64,000 nt of DNA from Candidatus Methanoperedenaceae archaeon GB37 (lineage in GTDB: Archaea; Halobacteriota; Methanosarcinia; Methanosarcinales; EX4572-44): contig LR991653.1 in assembly GCA_905171695.1 (NCBI GenBank), positions 1,550,625-1,614,624 of the forward strand, in the 5' to 3' direction. Under the pieces are notes generated by a model. That model did no database searches, had not been told where the DNA came from, and was given only the letters and a program-made list of their open reading frames with translations. The translations under genes and the position numbers were made by a program. Numbering within the stretch: position 1 is the first letter of the stretch; each line of letters opens with the position of its first letter. Of this stretch, positions 21,829-32,600 are shown in pieces.

Positions 21829-23202
21829 ATGCCTGAATGCTTTACAATAATGAGTAATGAAATTGATGGAAGAATTGATCCTTTTTATTATAGACCTTAT
21901 TTTAAAGAACAAATTAAACACTTATCTAAAACAAAATTTACCATAGCCAAATTAAAGGATATTTGTACAAAAATAACAGATGGTACGCATTTTACCCCAA
22001 GGTATGTTAAAGAAGGCGTGCCATTTATTAGTGTAAAAGATGTAAGAGAGAATAAAATAAGCTTTGATAATATAAAATATATTTCTAAAGACGAACATAA
22101 AAAATTAATTAAACGATGCAAACCAGAATCAGGAGATATCCTATTAACTAAAGTTGGAACTGTTGGAATAGCTACGGTCATACCACAAAATGCTCCTGAA
22201 TTTAGTATTTTTGTGAGTGTTGCTCTATTAAAAATTGATAAAACAAAAGCTAATCCTTATTATGTATCAACATATCTCAATAGCAAATATACAAAAGTAC
22301 AAATTGAAAGAGTTTTAAAGGGAATTGGAGTTCCTGATTTTCATTTAGAAAATATAGCAGAAATTAAAATCCCTCTCCCGCCACTTTCAATACAAAACAA
22401 AATAGTTCAATTAATGGATAATGCTTACCAAATCAAAAAACAAAAAGAAACCGAAGCCCAGCAACTTCTTGACTCAATCAACGATTATGTTCTTTCCGAA
22501 CTCGGCATAAAACTGCCAGAATTAAAAGACCAGATGACTTTTGTTGTCTATGCTAATGATGTTAAAGGTAAAAGAATAGATGCTTATTATTATCAGCCGA
22601 AGTTTGAAGAAGTTGAGAAAGCGATAGAGGAAGGGAAGTTTGAGGTTAAAAGTTTGAAAGAAATTACAAAATTACTGATAAATGGGCTTGACTTTAGGGA
22701 ATTTGTGGATGAAGGGGTAATGTATTTGCGCGTTTCAAATATTAGACCAAATCGTTTCAATTTATCAGATGTTGTGTTTATTCCGAATATGAATATTTAA
22801 AAAGATATAAAACTGAAAGAGGGTGATATCCTGCTTACTCGAAAAGGGACTTATGGTGTAGCAACAGTAGTTAATAAGGAAAGTGGAGAGTATCTTATCT
22901 CTTCAGAGATTTTTAGAATTGTTGTAAAAGAAGGGCTAAATCCATTCTATTTATCCGCTTGGTTGAACTCAAATATCCAACAGATTGTATTTGATAGAAT
23001 CAAAACAGGGGGTATAATGGGGCATTTGAGCCAAAAAGCTCTACTTCAAATAAAAATCCCCCTCCCGCCCCTCGCTGTTCAAAACAAAATCGCTGAAGAA
23101 GTAAAAAGAAGAATGCAGAAAGCTGAACAATTGCAGAAAGAAGCAAAAGAAGAATTAGAGAAAGCAAAGCAGGAAGTTGAAAAGATGATTTTAGAGGTAT
23201 AA
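21829..23202 (+). pseudogene. hsdS: HsdS-type specificity subunit with one in-frame TAA (22798-22800)
   Basis: Two TRDs, each followed by IKIPLPPL..QNKI; the same frame continues after TAA as KDIKLKEGDILLTRKGT...LNSNI. Confidence 0.85.
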
Positions 23203-23203
23203 A

Positions 23204-23695
23204 ATGGTTTCTGTTTCTTATCAAGCTGTTTTTAATGACAAACACGATTTTAGAGAAGAAATTAAAGAATTGTTAAAATCCGCTTTTGAACAAAACTATG
23301 ATGATTTTTCTGAAGAAGAATTAGAATCGTATATAGAAATACATTATGAGAAACAAATTGATAATTACAAATACATTATTGGTTTTGAAATTAATTTTGA
23401 TGAGATTGGAACGGAAGTAACCAAAATTATAGAAGATTTTAGCGAAAACTTAAAGGGTTCTAAGAAAATAATTTTGGTTCTAAAATTCTATGACTTGGAC
23501 TTGCTAAATTTTCTTTTAGACATATATAAAGAGTTATTTAGAATAGAAATGAAACTTAAAGAAATAATTAGCTTTATTTTCATTGACACTTATAAATCAG
23601 GGGATAATTTGCTTAAAAATGTAAATCTCAAACCACGATTTGAAGGAAAAAATAATTTGCAGAAAGATGAAAATCAAAGAAGAGAATATTTATAG
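23204..23695 (+). pseudogene. Hypothetical protein truncated by an IS630 insertion
   Basis: Acidic AT-rich ORF that ends exactly at the ta/tagttaag IS630 junction. Confidence 0.6.
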
Positions 23696-24758
23696 TTAAG
23701 TGCATAGCATCTTAAACTTGTTATCCAGGAACTTTTCAATCCATTTTTTTGCAGAGGATGTCGATTTTGTAAGTTTTTTGAAGGCTTTAGCAATTGTTTT
23801 TTCAGTTCTTCCATGTTCAGTGGAGATCTCTCTGAAACTGCTCTTTTAACGTTTTTCTAGATGTTTTCGATTGGATTCAGGTCGGGAGAGTAAGGTGGTA
23901 GATAAATCAGTGAAATGTTCAGTTTTTCAGCCTTTTTCTTCACTTTCTTGGCATGATGTGTTCTGAAATTATCCAGAACGAGTACAATTCTTTTCTCAGG
24001 TTTTGCTTCCCTTATCCTTGAAACGCTGTAAAGTCTTCGGCTTTATTTTTCTCAGGAAATTCTATTAAGCTCTCTCCATTTATACAATAGAGCCCTGCGA
24101 CTTTGGCTTTAACGTGGGTAGCAACTCTCTTAAGAGGCTTATCGAAGCTCCAGAGTCTCGTTGTGTTTGCATTTGCTTCGACTGCCATCTCATCGACGAA
24201 TCCTATTACATCATCGTTAATTCCAGCCTCATCTAAGTTTTTTTAAAGTGTTTTCTGTATTATCTGGCTTTCTGTAATCCTTCTGGTACGGTTTGGCGTA
24301 TCTCATTCCAAACGATTTCAGGATTCTTCTGACCTGCCATGAGGAGTAGATAACTCCGAACTCTGCTTCAATGACTTCCTGAACTTCCTTCGTCGTCCAG
24401 GAATCCTTTTTCTTGAGCATTTCTCTGAGTTCTTCCTTCTGCTCTTCTGTAAGTTTAGATGGTCTTCCTCCACCAAAATCCGGAATTAAACCTTCATAAC
24501 CTCTGGAGTTCCATCTCTTAAGCCATACATAGCCCGTTGCTTCAGTGACCCTAACCAGTTCAGCAGCTTCCTCAACACTCATCCCTCTGTAGAGATATCC
24601 TATAAAGTATAATCTTTTGAGAACTCCTGTATCCTTTTCGAGCCTCTTGATCCTTTTGCCGAGTTCTTCTACTGGTATGCGTTTTGCAACTTCGTAGACT
24701 CGCTTTCTGCCCATATATTTTGTTGCTTTGTTTTAGTATAAATAGCTTTGCTCAAGAC
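23693..24758 (-). mobile_element. IS630-family element (defective)
   Basis: ORF1 24229-24714 (HTH; GGGRPSKL); A-tract TTAAAAAAAC frameshift site; ORF2 with GFVDE, LVLDN, LPPYSPDLNPIE and a TAG at 23857-23859. Confidence 0.85.
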
Positions 24759-24759
24759 C

Positions 24760-25772
24760 TGCTGTGTTGAATAACTTTTAAGTTTCCTTCCTGTTATTTC
24801 TCATTTGCAGGAGGGATGATTGGGATGCAGAGTAAGAGAAATTGGGAGGAATATAATGAAAAACTTGTGCGGAGGGGAGAACTCTATATCTCATTGGATT
24901 TCCTTGAGAACTGGGATGAAGAATTAAATAGGATGAATGAGGGGAAGGTTGGCAGACCTTTCAGGTTTCCTCGAACCTTTATGTGTTTTCTAGCTTTCTT
25001 GCATGTAGCTTTCCTTCCATTAAGACAAATGGAAGGATTTTTGAGGAAATTATCAGAATATATACCTGAGTTAAAGGTAGCTGATTATTCCACTGTTTGT
25101 AAGAGGTTGAGGAAACTAGACTTTGAACTCTCTAGTAATCTTGGAGAAGATCTTGTAGTTGCAATAGATTCGTCTGGTATGAAGATAACGAATAGAGGAG
25201 AGTGGATCAGAGATAAATGGAAAGACGAGAAAGGGTTGGATTAAGGTTCATATTGCTATAGACGTTAAAACAAGGAAACTCTTAGCCTTAAAGATAACAG
25301 ATGAAAGAACAGGTGATGGAAAGATGTTAAAACCTCTGGTAAAGCAAATTAAAGGAAGAGGTGGAGAGATAAGTAGGGTATATGGTGATGGAGGTTATGA
25401 TAGCAGAGAGAATTTCAATTATCTTGCTGAAAATGATGTAGAACCAGTGATCAAGATAAGAAGTAACTCTTCAACTAAGTCAAGAGGCTCTCCATCCAGA
25501 GCTAAGAGAGTAAGAGAACCCAAAAGAGTTAGGTCATGAAAGATGGAAAGATAAATACAGGTATGGCTGCAGATGGACAACAGAGAGTTTCTTCTCTGGT
25601 GTTAAAAGAGTATTTGGAGAGACATGCAGAGCAAGATCTACAGAAGCTTTATTTCAAGAAGTAAAGATGAAATTCATCTTCTACAACATGCTCATAAGTG
25701 TTTAAGCCTACATTCTCAGAGAAACAATTACCTGAAGATATACCCCATCCAGCTAATTGTTCAACACCAGCA
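24760..25772 (+). mobile_element. IS5-family element, copy 2
   Basis: Same TIRs and the same two frameshifts as 2609-3619. Confidence 0.9.
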
Positions 25773-27214
25773 GTATTACGGAAAATATTTATATTATAAT
25801 GCCTAATTGACCATTATGAGCTTCATCAGATACAAGAAGTTCAGGAACAAAGAATATGCTTACGAGGTAACATCTTACTGGGATCCTGAAAAGAAGAAGC
25901 CGAGGCAAAAAACAAAGTATCTGGGAGTTGTTGTTGACAAGGAGAAGAAAATATTCAAGAAAAAGAGTAGAGAGAGGAAAGAGAAGTTAATTCTAGATTT
26001 TGGTGATACTTATTTCCTCAACCAGTTCATTAATAGAGTAACATTCTTTGAGAACCTTAAAAAAGAGATGTTTCTTCCACTCATCTTCTACCGATTGTGT
26101 TATCCATCTGCAATGAGGTATGCAAGGATGTGGTATGAGGGCAACATAGTCAGGAAGTTCTTTGATGTTGATATAAGTTCACAAAGAATAAGTGAGTTTC
26201 TTGAGGAGATTGGTGATGAAAGCATCCAGAGGGAATTCTTCAAAGAATACATCAGACAGATAACACCCTCAGAAGGAATAGTAATTGATACAACTGCTCT
26301 TCCAAACCAGATAAATATTCCAAGATCATCATGGGGATGGCATAACGAGGAAATAGACAAACAAATCAAGTTGTTGCTTGTTATTGACAGGAGTACATCA
26401 CTTCCTTTGTTTTTCAGGTATATTGCAGGTAATATTGTTGATGTGTCAACCCTCAAGGCAACTGTGGAGGAGTTAAAGAAGTATGGTGTATCAAGATACT
26501 TTCTCATTCTTGATGCAGGATTCTTCTCTGAAGAGAATATAAAGGAGCTTTACAATGAGGAAATACAGTTCCTGATAAGATTGCCGGCTTTAAGGAAGCT
26601 GTACAAGAGGCCTATTCTTGAGGAATCCAGAGAGTTAGAGAGTTACAGGAATGCTGTAAGGTATGGAAGAAGAGTACTGTTTGTAAAGCAAAGAGAAGTT
26701 GAGTTATTTGGTAAAAGAGTCTATGCTTATGTTGTACTTGATCCTGAAAGAAAGGGAAGAGAGATAAGAAGAACTCTGCTTAAGGTAATGGATGAGATTG
26801 AAGAGGATGAAGAAGAGGAGATGGAATACATTTTGATGAAGAAAGGGATAATGATTCTCATTTCCTCTTCTGAACCGGATAGAGAGAATGTAATATCTTT
26901 GTATTACACAAGACAGATTGCAGAAAAGCTGTTTGGCTTTCCAAAGGATGATCTGAACCTGCTTCCTCTGAGAGTGCATAAGGAAGAGACGCTGAGGGGC
27001 TACCTGTTTCTGCAGTTCGCTTCACTTGTTGTTTATTCACTGCTGAAGAGAGAATTAGGGAGAGATTACACTGTGGAGGAGGTTCTACTCACCTTAAGGA
27101 ATCTGAAGTGTAAGGTGTATGAGGATGAGATTATAGTTCAGGAATTAACCAAGCAGCAAAGGAAGATTTTTGAGAAGTTTAGTATCATGGTGCCTAAAAG
27201 TATGGGAATTTAGG
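25773..27214 (+). mobile_element. IS1634-family element; left end clipped by IS5
   Basis: Right terminus gggaatttagg overlaps the transposase stop; left side abuts the IS5 TIR. Confidence 0.7.
25807..27213 (+). CDS. IS1634-family DDE transposase
   Basis: YWDPEKKKPRQK, IDTT, GNIVDV, ILDAGF, RQIAEKLF, PLRVH. Confidence 0.85.
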   Translation: MTIMSFIRYKKFRNKEYAYEVTSYWDPEKKKPRQKTKYLGVVVDKEKKIFKKKSRERKEKLILDFGDTYFLNQFINRVTFFENLKKEMFLPLIFYRLCYPSAMRYARMWYEGNIVRKFFDVDISSQRISEFLEEIGDESIQREFFKEYIRQITPSEGIVIDTTALPNQINIPRSSWGWHNEEIDKQIKLLLVIDRSTSLPLFFRYIAGNIVDVSTLKATVEELKKYGVSRYFLILDAGFFSEENIKELYNEEIQFLIRLPALRKLYKRPILEESRELESYRNAVRYGRRVLFVKQREVELFGKRVYAYVVLDPERKGREIRRTLLKVMDEIEEDEEEEMEYILMKKGIMILISSSEPDRENVISLYYTRQIAEKLFGFPKDDLNLLPLRVHKEETLRGYLFLQFASLVVYSLLKRELGRDYTVEEVLLTLRNLKCKVYEDEIIVQELTKQQRKIFEKFSIMVPKSMGI

Positions 27215-27340
27215 AATTTTTCCTTTATTGTAGGGTCTCTTTCTTTTCTATATTTCTCTTCCAGTTCTTCTTTTGTAAGGCGTTTTAGCATGAAGAATAA
27301 TAATATCTGGAGGTGAAGTTATTTTAGGGATAAACTGTAG
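27215..27340 (-). mobile_element. 5' stub of a second IS630-like element, cut by IS1634
   Basis: ATG at 27291 gives MLKRLTKEELEEKYRKERDPTIKE, ending at the IS1634 terminus. Confidence 0.5.
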
Positions 27341-27683
27341 TTAAAAGATCACAATATCCATCTTCATCTTTAAGCTCTTCCTTCAGATCTTTTAAAAATT
27401 TTGATTTACCCGACTTTCTACATCACTTAGAACATAAAACAGACTTATTTTTATGAATAAGTACTTTTAACACCAAATTTTACCTCAATGTCTCTTTATC
27501 ACTCTAATTTTCCCTTTTTAATCCTTAATTTGGTGATAGCTACTGGTAAAGCACTTCCTGACGGGTGAATACCATCTTCATGATAACTCTTGCCGTGGTT
27601 GTGACTATGAGATGAGCATCTTTGAAGCTTATGGTTAAGTGATGCGCCCCTCTCTCCTCTTCACTTCTGGCATCGCCTTGATA

Positions 27684-28013
27684 TCAGTCTGGAAGCCCTG
27701 CTTTTGTTGTGGCATCAGCCAGTAGATGGGATGCATACCCAAGGAAGAAGCTTGAGACGATGTAGAGTTTCATAAGAGCTGTTAAGAGAAATACCGTCCC
27801 GGTTATTTTTAAAATTCGTTTACTGTGGAATAGACCTCGGTGTGCCCAATTCGTAGGAGGTTCTAAGATATCAGGGATGATAGAGCCTGAAATGGCAGCT
27901 ATAAATGCATATATAAACGCGTACCCAGTTATCTCCGAGTGAGAAGGATCTCTAAGATAGGTGTACGCAAAGAATGCAATAGCACCTATTGCTAAGTGCA
28001 CGTCCCTCTTCAT
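27684..28013 (-). CDS. YdjM-like membrane metal-dependent hydrolase
   Basis: H..IG, GSIIPD, HRGLFHS, SHLLAD..T..G. Confidence 0.85.
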   Translation of the reverse strand: MKRDVHLAIGAIAFFAYTYLRDPSHSEITGYAFIYAFIAAISGSIIPDILEPPTNWAHRGLFHSKRILKITGTVFLLTALMKLYIVSSFFLGYASHLLADATTKAGLPD

Positions 28014-28028
28014 CTGTTTTTCCTTTTA

Positions 28029-29528
28029 TCAAGTGGCAACTTCGGATTTCAACGGTTTTGCAAATCTTCTTTCGATTGTCTCGCGGTGAAGAGTGTTATA
28101 CGTGCAGAAGGGTATTACTCTTCCATCTGGGGTTGCGTAGTGGATGCCGCAGCGTTGTATTCGCTCCAGATCTATATTATACAGATCTTGGAAGTGCATA
28201 ACTCCAATGAAGAGTGTGTTTCGATGGAATTCTTTAGTGGCTTCGTCGGTTCCGTCTTTTAACACGTCGATGAAGAGTTTTCGAACATTGACGTGCTTTG
28301 GTGCAAGTTCAGAATCGATGAATCTGGGAATTCCTTTTATGAGCTTTCCAATAGCGGTTATCTTCTCAAGAGACTTTATGCGCTTCTTCTCTTCTATGCC
28401 TGATGCCAGCTCGCCCACGAACTCGAGCAGACCCTCGACATCGATGAAGCGCGTGATAGGTATCATCCTGCCGTCTTCGATGTATACGTAGGTACCTGCT
28501 CCACAGTGTGGATGGACAGAGAACTCAGCGTACGGCATATTCTTCTCGGCTGTAACGAACCTTGAGATCGGGACAACGAATGGCACCGGGTAAAAGTCTG
28601 ATGCGCTGATCTCGCCACTGGTCTGTTCCTCAACCGCGTGGAAGACGTCAGGCACGGTGATCCGCATCATTTCACGCTCATCTTTATCGATACGCCCTGT
28701 GAAAGATATCGGCTGGAAATTGATACCTTTCACTGTATCGTTATTCTCTGCGGCGAAACGAACTATATCGCCGATCTGATCATCATTCACTCCCCGGGCA
28801 ATCGTTGGAACGAGCGCCACACTGTTAAGCCCGCTAGCCCGACAGTTCTCAATCGCATCCAACTTTATCTGAAGCGCATCGTAACCACGCGCTATCTGGT
28901 AGGGTATCTTTGTAACGCCGTCAAACTGGAGATACACGGTTCTAAGACCTGCCCGACAGAGCATTCTTGAGAGTTCGGGTTCTTTTGCAAGGTTCACCCC
29001 GTTGGTCGCCATCTGTATATGTGGAAAACCAGCGTCCCTGGCTGCTTGAACGATCTGAACAATATCTCTTCGCACAGTAGGTTCTCCACCCGCAAACTGG
29101 ACCGCTGGGCATGGAACAGGCTTCTGACTTCGAAGCCCTGCAAGCATCTCTTTTATCTGATCAAAACTCGGTTCATAGATATAACCCGCAGCAGAAGCAT
29201 TTGCAAAGCAGATGGGGCACCTCTGATTGCACCTGTTGGTCACATCGATATTTGCAAGAATCGTCGTGGTTTTATGATTCGAACATACCCCACAGTTTTT
29301 GGGACAGTTACTATCGAGAGAGTTCATCGATCCGCTCAAGAGACTGTTTTCACACCAGTATCTCTCAAATTTTCTGTAGAGTTCAGCGTCAGACCAGTAG
29401 ATATCCTCAAAGATACCGTGAACGTCACATGCTTTCCGAATCTTCACCCTGCCAAGAGCGTCCTCAAAGATCTCTGCCTCAATTACCTCCAGACACTCAG
29501 GACAGAGAGATTTTGTTCTCCTCATCAA
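28029..29528 (-). CDS. tes: Tetraether lipid synthase (GDGT macrocycle radical SAM enzyme)
   Basis: N-terminal CPEC..C..HG, CPKNCGVCSNH, CNQRCPIC, HPHCG, MHFQD.YN...RC.IHY..PDGR.IPFC. Confidence 0.85.
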   Translation of the reverse strand: MMRRTKSLCPECLEVIEAEIFEDALGRVKIRKACDVHGIFEDIYWSDAELYRKFERYWCENSLLSGSMNSLDSNCPKNCGVCSNHKTTTILANIDVTNRCNQRCPICFANASAAGYIYEPSFDQIKEMLAGLRSQKPVPCPAVQFAGGEPTVRRDIVQIVQAARDAGFPHIQMATNGVNLAKEPELSRMLCRAGLRTVYLQFDGVTKIPYQIARGYDALQIKLDAIENCRASGLNSVALVPTIARGVNDDQIGDIVRFAAENNDTVKGINFQPISFTGRIDKDEREMMRITVPDVFHAVEEQTSGEISASDFYPVPFVVPISRFVTAEKNMPYAEFSVHPHCGAGTYVYIEDGRMIPITRFIDVEGLLEFVGELASGIEEKKRIKSLEKITAIGKLIKGIPRFIDSELAPKHVNVRKLFIDVLKDGTDEATKEFHRNTLFIGVMHFQDLYNIDLERIQRCGIHYATPDGRVIPFCTYNTLHRETIERRFAKPLKSEVAT

Positions 29529-29660
29529 ACCACCTGCAGCTATGCAGTACCTCCAACCACAGTATCAATGCCTATACTTTATTACTCTTTCTATAAAATA
29601 TACTTCTGTGGCGGAGAGAACCCCATTCACATACAGGTGTAAGACTAGCAGCGTTTCTGA

Positions 29661-32600
29661 TCAGCTTATCGTGATCGCACCCTTTGGTCGCACCACGACC
29701 ACCACGAGACTCCCCACAGTGTTGTTCGCATTGCTCGCACTCCCACGGATGTGCGCCACGCCTGCAACAGGGCTTGTGAGATTGACACGATCAGAGCCAC
29801 TGACAGTCTTTGCTATGCTCGTCTTCGTCTGATCGTGGTTGAAGTACCCTATATCGGTATAGAGCTGCACACTCGCTATCGCAGGGTTGCCGTCAGTATA
29901 CCATGTTCTCATCGTGATATTCGACGTCTCGCCGATGAGTATCAGAGTGGGATCTGCACTCAACTCCAGACTGCCAAGTCCTATGTAATCCACATCAGCG
30001 CCACTGCCACCTGTGCTCGTACCCCCGCCAAAAGTGATGTTTACAGTGATGTTCTCTCCGTTCACATCTGTGTAGGTAAGATTTGACCCAGGTAGTATCA
30101 ATGGTATGAACCCGGCGCCTTCGACCACGAGCTGGTACCACACACCCCAGCTCTCACCCACCCCAAGACTCGGCAGGTCCCATGTGAGCGTGGTTATGTT
30201 CCCCACAGTGTTTATATTGGGCTCAGCATTGCCTGTACCAGGACCTATCACTGTTCCGTTCTCTCCACCCGTGACATTCGTGGAATTGCCCCAGGTAGCA
30301 TTGCTGCTGTTAGCAACATAGGTCGCGGTTGCAAGCGAGAGGTTCGTAATGTAATTATGAGGGATTAAAAGGTTCATCGTTGGTCCACTTGCCGTAAAAT
30401 TGGTTATATTTGCAGCAATCCCACGGAATATGCTCTGCAGCACACTTGCACTCGGCGCAAAGTAATACTCACCACCCGTGATCTTCGCAATCTCGGAGAG
30501 CACAGGATCAACCTCGGACTCACTACTCCCAAAACCGACCGTGTAGATCACAGTATTATTAGCAGCAGCGCGCTCTGCTTCAAGGAGGAGCGAGTGATAC
30601 CCAGCATTATCCAGCCCATCAGTCATCAAAACCATTGTGGAGTTACCAGAGACACTCGCAAGCTCACCATTAGCCACAAACATACCCTCATCGATCGCAG
30701 TGAGCCCATCAGCAGTGAAGTTATTGATAGAAGCGTTGAGGTGAAGAAGAGTATCATTGTTAAGAGTGGAGGAAAGGTCGGCGTGCCACTCGGTCCAGTC
30801 GAGGTCCTGGCTTACAGTGAGGTTGAACCTTGACGTGTTGCCGAGGACGTTCGTGCCGTTCACGATCACATGATACGTTGCGTCTTCGAGATACAGGCTG
30901 AACTCCTCAAAACCTGTTGTGTTGTTAGAGGATGCGACAACATCAACACCTTTGTATAGGTATAGATCAAGATTATCGCTCTGGTTATCCCATGTGAGAT
31001 TGAATGTGACTCTCGTTCTGGTCGCATTGAATGTGCAGTTATACGGATGATCCGAGACGAGATTCTCTACAGAAGGATAACTAACAATAACCCCTGTTTC
31101 ATTCCAGATTTCTACATTTCTTACCTTGTTGTCGTAATCATGCGGATCATAGAAGCTGACCACATTGAGTCCATCTTGCACATAATCAGTAATATCGTAT
31201 TCGTAATCATCCTTCCATTGTCCATTTCCGCTGGATGGGGGCGGAACCCATGTGAGAGTCTCTCCATTCACATCGATGCGGCAGTCTCCAGAGTAGTCAA
31301 GATCATATCCATCAAATCGGAGCGTGTACTGTGACGTGGTCGGCACATCAAAGTAACCCACCCACGTACTGTTATTTCGCACGTAACTGCTCTGACTGAA
31401 TCTGTTTGCCACGCTCTCGTTGCTGTAGAGGACAAGCCCGCATCTGTCTCCATTGGTCTCGTTGAAGCTTGAGATGAACGCGTGGGATGCGAGTTTTACA
31501 GCGCTCTTCTTGTCGATGTAGGTGGTGATGTTGAACTCTTCGCTTTCGCTGCCTGTACCTCTTACCTGCACGGTCCAGACTCCGTTCTCGACTGTCTCTG
31601 CATCGGTATCAGGATACGTATACGGGAGTGGATGAACCCAGATGTACTCTGAGGTCTCTCTTGTGATTGTGTATGTGACTGTGACGAGCGGGCGCCAGCC
31701 GTTGAGGGTGTAGTGATGAGCTTCGGTATCGGTCTCGCTTGATGCAAACCGATCGGCGCCCGCGCCGTCATAGCCCTCCCCTACAAGCACGATGTTACAC
31801 TCCTCGCCCCACTCTGGAAGACGATCGCCGCTCCAGTTCGCACTCGTGATATTGAACTCGACCACCTCGTCATCGATCGATGATGAGAGTGCCACTGAGT
31901 CGATGAGATATGAATCAATGTCCGCGCTGCTGAAACTGCCGTTTGCCCACGCCTGCGATGTAGAGTTATCACTACAGTTCCATGTTGGGTCGTCACCATA
32001 ACCTGTCACGAGATCGTAGATGTTGATGGATCTCGGCTCACTGCCAGGATCAGAGGTTGAGCTTATGCCGCGCAGATACATCGTCACACTCTCGATTCTC
32101 GCGTTATCTGTTGGCGCACTCGGAAGCTTCCACCGCATGATCGAACACGCCTCTTCACCACCGCTCATTTCGTCCGTTACATAGAATGAGGTCTCGTCTG
32201 TAAAGACCGTGTTCGGGCTTGCCGATGTGATGTACGTGTCAAACTCAGGGGAGCGGAGATCGATCGGAACAGCCTCCCGATCATCGAAGTAGTAGCCGGT
32301 GGTGTCAGTGTTGTTGACACCATAGCGTATCTTCATTTCATCGATGTACACACAATCATCATATTCGCTTCCACTTCCATCCTTCACATATTCCCACTTT
32401 AGGGTATGTGTGCCTGCATCAAGGGATTCATTAAAACGCATCCAGCTGGTGTTGCCTGCCACATGCAATTCCCTAGCGCCATCGATGTAAAAATTGAAGA
32501 AATCGTGATAGCGTTCACTGCTTATCCTGTACCAGAACTCCACTGATCCACTTTGGTTGAGAGTCACGGTTCTATCCAGCCATGTTGTCTCTCCATCGCT

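Noticed and set aside
22798-22800. Recoding (Pyl/Sec) of the hsdS stop
   Set aside because: The stop is TAA, not TAG or TGA.
2609-25772. Composite transposon bounded by the two IS5 copies
   Set aside because: The enclosed DNA is mostly essential core genes, and no flanking target duplication is present.
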